A stretch of DNA of 64,000 nucleotides from an uncultured Fidelibacterota bacterium (GTDB lineage: Bacteria; Fidelibacterota; Marinisomatia; Marinisomatales; Marinisomataceae), in contig CABZMF010000001.1 in assembly GCA_902526795.1 (NCBI GenBank), forward strand, positions 720 through 64,719, in the 5' to 3' direction. Below the pieces are notes generated by a model that did no database searches, had not been told where the DNA came from, and saw nothing but the letters and a program-made list of their open reading frames with translations. Both the position numbers and the translations under genes were made by a program. This document shows positions 60,148 to 64,000 of this stretch, piece after piece. Position 1 is the stretch's first letter; every line of letters starts with the position of its first letter.

Positions 60148-62822
60148 AGTTCAACTTGTGCCGCCGCAAGGCGCGCTATAGGTACACGATAAGGAGAACA
60201 ACTGACATAATCAAGGCCCAAGATTTTACAAAACTCAATGCTATTTGGATCACCACCATGTTCTCCGCAAATACCAATAGAGATTTTATTTTTTGTAGCA
60301 CGAGCATCCTTTACGGCAAGGTTCATTAGCTTACCTACCCCAGAGCGATCAATTTGTTCAAATGGGTCAAAAAACAAAATTTTATCATCAAAGTAGTGAG
60401 GGAAAAATGTACCAGTATCATCTCTGCTGAAGCCGTATGTAGTTTGAGTAAGATCGTTCGTTCCAAAACTAAAAAAGTCAGCCTCATTGGCAATGCTTTC
60501 AGCAACGAGGCACGCTCTAGGCACCTCAATCATTGTACCAATCTTAAGATTAACACTAAGACCACTACGATTTTTTATTTTTTTATACTCACCAGCTACA
60601 ATGTCTTTTTGGTTAATGAACTCTTTTAAGCTTGATACAAGGGGAATCATAATTTCTATTACTGGATTTCCACCCTCTTTTTTTAATTTTTCTGCTGCAC
60701 CAATAATTGCCTGGGCTTGCATCGCCGTTATTTCTGGATATGATATACCAAGACGGCAACCGCGATGACCAAGCATAGGGTTTGCTTCTTTTAAAGAATC
60801 AATCCTTTCATGAACGGACCTCACAGACATACCCATATCATTGGCGAGGTTTTCAACTTCCTTTTTTTGAATATTAATAAATTCATGAAGAGGAGGATCT
60901 AAAAGCCTAACAGTTACAGGAAAACCATCCATTTTTTTGAAAATCCCATAAAAGTCTTTGATTTGAAATGGGAGAAGGTTTCTTAAATACTGCTTACGAT
61001 TGTCTTTATTTTTTGCCAAAATCATTTTTCTAAACTCATGTACCCTCTTTTCATCAAAAAACATATGTTCTGTTCGACATAAACCAACACCTTCTGCACC
61101 AAAGCTCAAAGCCTTTTCACAGTCTTCTGGAGTATCAGCGTTCGTTCTTATTTTTAATTTCCTTATTTTATCTGCCCAGGTTAACAACAAACTGAGTGGC
61201 CCTGATTCTTTAATAGGATTTTGAAAAAGTTTTAACGACCCCAAATAGATATCACCGCTTGATCCATTAAGAGTAAGTAAGTCCCCCTCCTTTATTTTTT
61301 TACTACCAATTTTAGCTGAGTTCAAGTTTTTGCTTATTGATAAGTCTTGGCAACCCACAATACAGCTTTTCCCCCAACCCCTTGCTACCAGAGCAGCGTG
61401 GCTGGTTAGTCCACCGCGAGATGTGAGAATTCCCTCAGAATAATGCATACCATTAATGTCTTCTGGAGATGTCTCTTCTCGCACAAGTATTACTTTTTTT
61501 CCAGATTTGCCAATCTTTTCAGCTTTTTCTGCACTGAAAACAACAACACCGGTAGATGCTCCTGGTCCTGCAGGAAGACCGGAGCCAATGATTTCATTTT
61601 TTAAAATCTCCGTGGGCTCTATATTTTTTAATAGACTTTCATATATTTGGATAGGACGAACTCTTCCTATTGCCATCTCTTTAGAAATAAGACGCTCTTT
61701 AACCATATCAGTAGCAATTTTTATTGCTGCGGTGCCCGTTCTCTTACCCGTCCTCGTTTGTAACATCCAAAGCTTTTTTTCCTGAATCGTAAATTCAATA
61801 TCTTGCATATCATCATAATGGCTTTCTAATCTTTCTCTAATATCACTAAGCTCTTTGTAAGCTTCTGGCATAGACATAGCCAATGATTTTTTTGTATTTT
61901 TTTTATCTACAATTGGGTGAGGAGTTCTAATGCCTGCAACAACATCTTCTCCCTGGGCGTCTGGCAACCATTCACCAAAAAAAACATTTTCACCAGTTGA
62001 TGGGTTTCTGGTAAAAGCAACGCCAGTACCACAATTTTTGCCCATGTTTCCAAAAACCATTGCCTGAACATTTACAGCTGTGCCCATGGAGGAGCTAATT
62101 TTTTCAAAAGACCTATATTCTTTAGCCCTTTTACCGTTCCAGCTTTCAAAAACAGCTTCAATTGCACCAAAGAGTTGATCGAGATGGTTGTCTGGGAAAG
62201 GACAACCCATTTTTTCATTTACCAACGCCAAATACAGATTCGAAATGCGCTCCCAATCTTCAGCGCGCATATCTGAATCATTTTTGTAGCCATTTTTGTT
62301 TTTAGTTTCAGTTAAAATATCCTCCATTAACCCACGAATTGGTCGACTAGACCTGTTTAAATTAAGAGCTTTTTCCATAACAACATCAGCATACATCATT
62401 ATTAGTCTACGATAGCTATCATAAACGAAACATTTATTACCAGTAGCTTTCACCATATGCGGAATGGTTTCAGATGTTAACCCAATATTTAAAATTGTTT
62501 CCATCATTCCCGGCATAGAAACTGGCGCACCTGAACGAACAGATAATAATAACGGCCTTTCACCACCAAAAGTTTTTCCAAGGATTCTTTCTGTCTTTAA
62601 AATATTTTTTTTAATATTATTTTTTAAACCAACAGATAGAGATTTGTTTTTTAAATATTCTGTACAAAGACTGGTTGCTAGGGTAAATCCAGGAGGAACA
62701 GGAAGGCCAAGCTTACACATTTCAGCAATGTTAGCACCCTTTCCACCCAAAACATCCACCATATTTTGGTCTCCATCTGTTTGAAGTTGCGAAAAAAAAT
62801 ATATTTTTTGTTTATTGTTCAT
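60144..62822 (-). CDS. ppdK: Pyruvate, phosphate dikinase
   Basis: LGGKGANIAEM, VSVRSGAPVSMPGMMET-like segment (LSVRSGAP), GGLTSHAA (phospho-His), GVGLCRTEHMF, FSFGTNDLTQ, GICGEHG. Confidence 0.97.
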   Translation of the reverse strand: MNNKQKIYFFSQLQTDGDQNMVDVLGGKGANIAEMCKLGLPVPPGFTLATSLCTEYLKNKSLSVGLKNNIKKNILKTERILGKTFGGERPLLLSVRSGAPVSMPGMMETILNIGLTSETIPHMVKATGNKCFVYDSYRRLIMMYADVVMEKALNLNRSSRPIRGLMEDILTETKNKNGYKNDSDMRAEDWERISNLYLALVNEKMGCPFPDNHLDQLFGAIEAVFESWNGKRAKEYRSFEKISSSMGTAVNVQAMVFGNMGKNCGTGVAFTRNPSTGENVFFGEWLPDAQGEDVVAGIRTPHPIVDKKNTKKSLAMSMPEAYKELSDIRERLESHYDDMQDIEFTIQEKKLWMLQTRTGKRTGTAAIKIATDMVKERLISKEMAIGRVRPIQIYESLLKNIEPTEILKNEIIGSGLPAGPGASTGVVVFSAEKAEKIGKSGKKVILVREETSPEDINGMHYSEGILTSRGGLTSHAALVARGWGKSCIVGCQDLSISKNLNSAKIGSKKIKEGDLLTLNGSSGDIYLGSLKLFQNPIKESGPLSLLLTWADKIRKLKIRTNADTPEDCEKALSFGAEGVGLCRTEHMFFDEKRVHEFRKMILAKNKDNRKQYLRNLLPFQIKDFYGIFKKMDGFPVTVRLLDPPLHEFINIQKKEVENLANDMGMSVRSVHERIDSLKEANPMLGHRGCRLGISYPEITAMQAQAIIGAAEKLKKEGGNPVIEIMIPLVSSLKEFINQKDIVAGEYKKIKNRSGLSVNLKIGTMIEVPRACLVAESIANEADFFSFGTNDLTQTTYGFSRDDTGTFFPHYFDDKILFFDPFEQIDRSGVGKLMNLAVKDARATKNKISIGICGEHGGDPNSIEFCKILGLDYVSCSPYRVPIARLAAAQVEL

Positions 62823-62887
62823 TTTGAATACATTTTAATTGAAAAAAAAAACAACCTTTTCAGGCAAAAACAATTTAAGGAGTGACT

Positions 62888-64000
62888 GTGAAAAAAACAT
62901 TTATATTATTTATGACACTGTTAATGATTTCATGCTCGGGAGAGATTTATGAAGATGAAATAAAAATAGGTGAAGATAATCTTGCATATGTAGCTAACAC
63001 AGAGAAGCTATTTTCAGGAGACGTGATTGATAAATACGGTGAAAAGCTTGGAACATATAAGAAAGGTATTAAGGACGGCCCTTGGATTGAAATAGATTAT
63101 AATAATGGAACAAGAAAGAAAGCAGGATATATAAAGGGCGTACCAGATGGAGAACAAATTACATATGTTTTTCCAGGACCAATGGAGAATAACAAAAGGC
63201 TTGAATACATAAACTATGAAAATGGAAATCCCGTAGGAACGTGGACTCAGTGGAGTAGGGATAGCGAGAACAGGTTAAGAAAAACAGGAGAAATTGTTTT
63301 TGAGGAAGGAGCGGGAAGGTGGAGAGAGTGGGATCCAAACACCTTGGTTGTAGTTAGGGCAGGAGATTATGAGAATTGGAAAAGACATGGACTTTGGAAA
63401 AGTTGGGACGCTCAAGAGGTTTTAGTAAGTGAGGGTGAATATATTTCTGGTAAAAAAGTAAACAAATGGATATGGTATGAAAATGGAGAAGATAAAGGCT
63501 GGGAAGAGAATTATGACAACGGTATATTAAACGGTAAATTTAATAATCTATCACCATATGCTGAAACAAGAGGTGTTGGATCTTTTAATAATGGTGTCAA
63601 ATCAGGAGATTGGGAAGAATATTTTACAAGCAAAGATGGATCTTTAGAGCGTTCACAAACCGGAGCATATCAATTTGGAGAAAAAGTAGGGTTGTGGTCT
63701 CTGTTTGCAAAAAATGGGAGGAGAATTGCTGAGGGAACTTACAAAAATGGAATTAAAGATGGTGAGTGGATTGAAGGACCGGACATTGATTTTGGATCGA
63801 GATTTTTTGGCAAGGGCAATTACGCAAATGATTTAAAATCTGGGAAGTGGCGTTATGTTGCACCAAGGCAGAATCCAATAGTTGAAGGAACATTTACAGA
63901 TGGGAAGCCCTCTGGTGAGTGGACTGTAGTCTTCAATAAAAAAACATATAAAGGAAACCTTTCAGAGCTAAAAACACAAGTACCAAAACTAAATGAATTT
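62888..64000 (+). CDS. MORN-variant repeat (YwqK-like) lipoprotein, truncated by the window edge
   Basis: Not in the ORF track. AAGGAG SD, GTG start, MKKTFILFMTLLMISC lipobox, repeated G.(Y/F)..G.K.G.W units, open to the window end. Confidence 0.8.
   Translation, partial: MKKTFILFMTLLMISCSGEIYEDEIKIGEDNLAYVANTEKLFSGDVIDKYGEKLGTYKKGIKDGPWIEIDYNNGTRKKAGYIKGVPDGEQITYVFPGPMENNKRLEYINYENGNPVGTWTQWSRDSENRLRKTGEIVFEEGAGRWREWDPNTLVVVRAGDYENWKRHGLWKSWDAQEVLVSEGEYISGKKVNKWIWYENGEDKGWEENYDNGILNGKFNNLSPYAETRGVGSFNNGVKSGDWEEYFTSKDGSLERSQTGAYQFGEKVGLWSLFAKNGRRIAEGTYKNGIKDGEWIEGPDIDFGSRFFGKGNYANDLKSGKWRYVAPRQNPIVEGTFTDGKPSGEWTVVFNKKTYKGNLSELKTQVPKLNEF

Noticed and set aside
62842-62851. A10 run here and T10 at 18143-18152 as phase-variation tracts
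   Set aside because: Such runs are expected in AT-rich intergenic DNA, and there is no evidence of length variation from a single sequence.

Overview
A low-GC, tightly packed bacterial chromosome segment spanning the probable replication origin. It most resembles a streamlined marine FCB-group organism such as Marinimicrobia; this is inferred from the T9SS-type C-terminal domain/PorV genes and the archaeal-type ProRS, not from a marker search. Left part (1-19 kb): folC (partial), an amidase, two paralogous small membrane proteins, eno-ftsB, recO, proS, mgtE, an M23 peptidase, and a three-gene outer-membrane operon (TonB-dependent receptor, 1089-aa protein with a T9SS-like C-terminal domain, PorV-family barrel). 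Middle (19.5-34 kb): a de novo purine super-operon with unusual parts, namely PurQ fused to two PurS-like repeats, a class II-type PurE with no PurK, and an inserted PsiE gene. Origin region (35-49 kb): dnaA-ssb diverging from rpmH-yidC-mnmE-mnmG-surA (no rnpA or yidD), two parS palindromes bracketing mnmG, a DnaA-box cluster with an AT-rich tract, then dnaN-gyrB-gyrA. Right part: an M16 peptidase, a phage-like folA-thyA pair whose thyA has an in-frame TAG, a haloalkane dehalogenase, mltB, an aldehyde dehydrogenase, ppdK and a truncated MORN-repeat lipoprotein. I found no tRNA, rRNA, CRISPR array or transposase.
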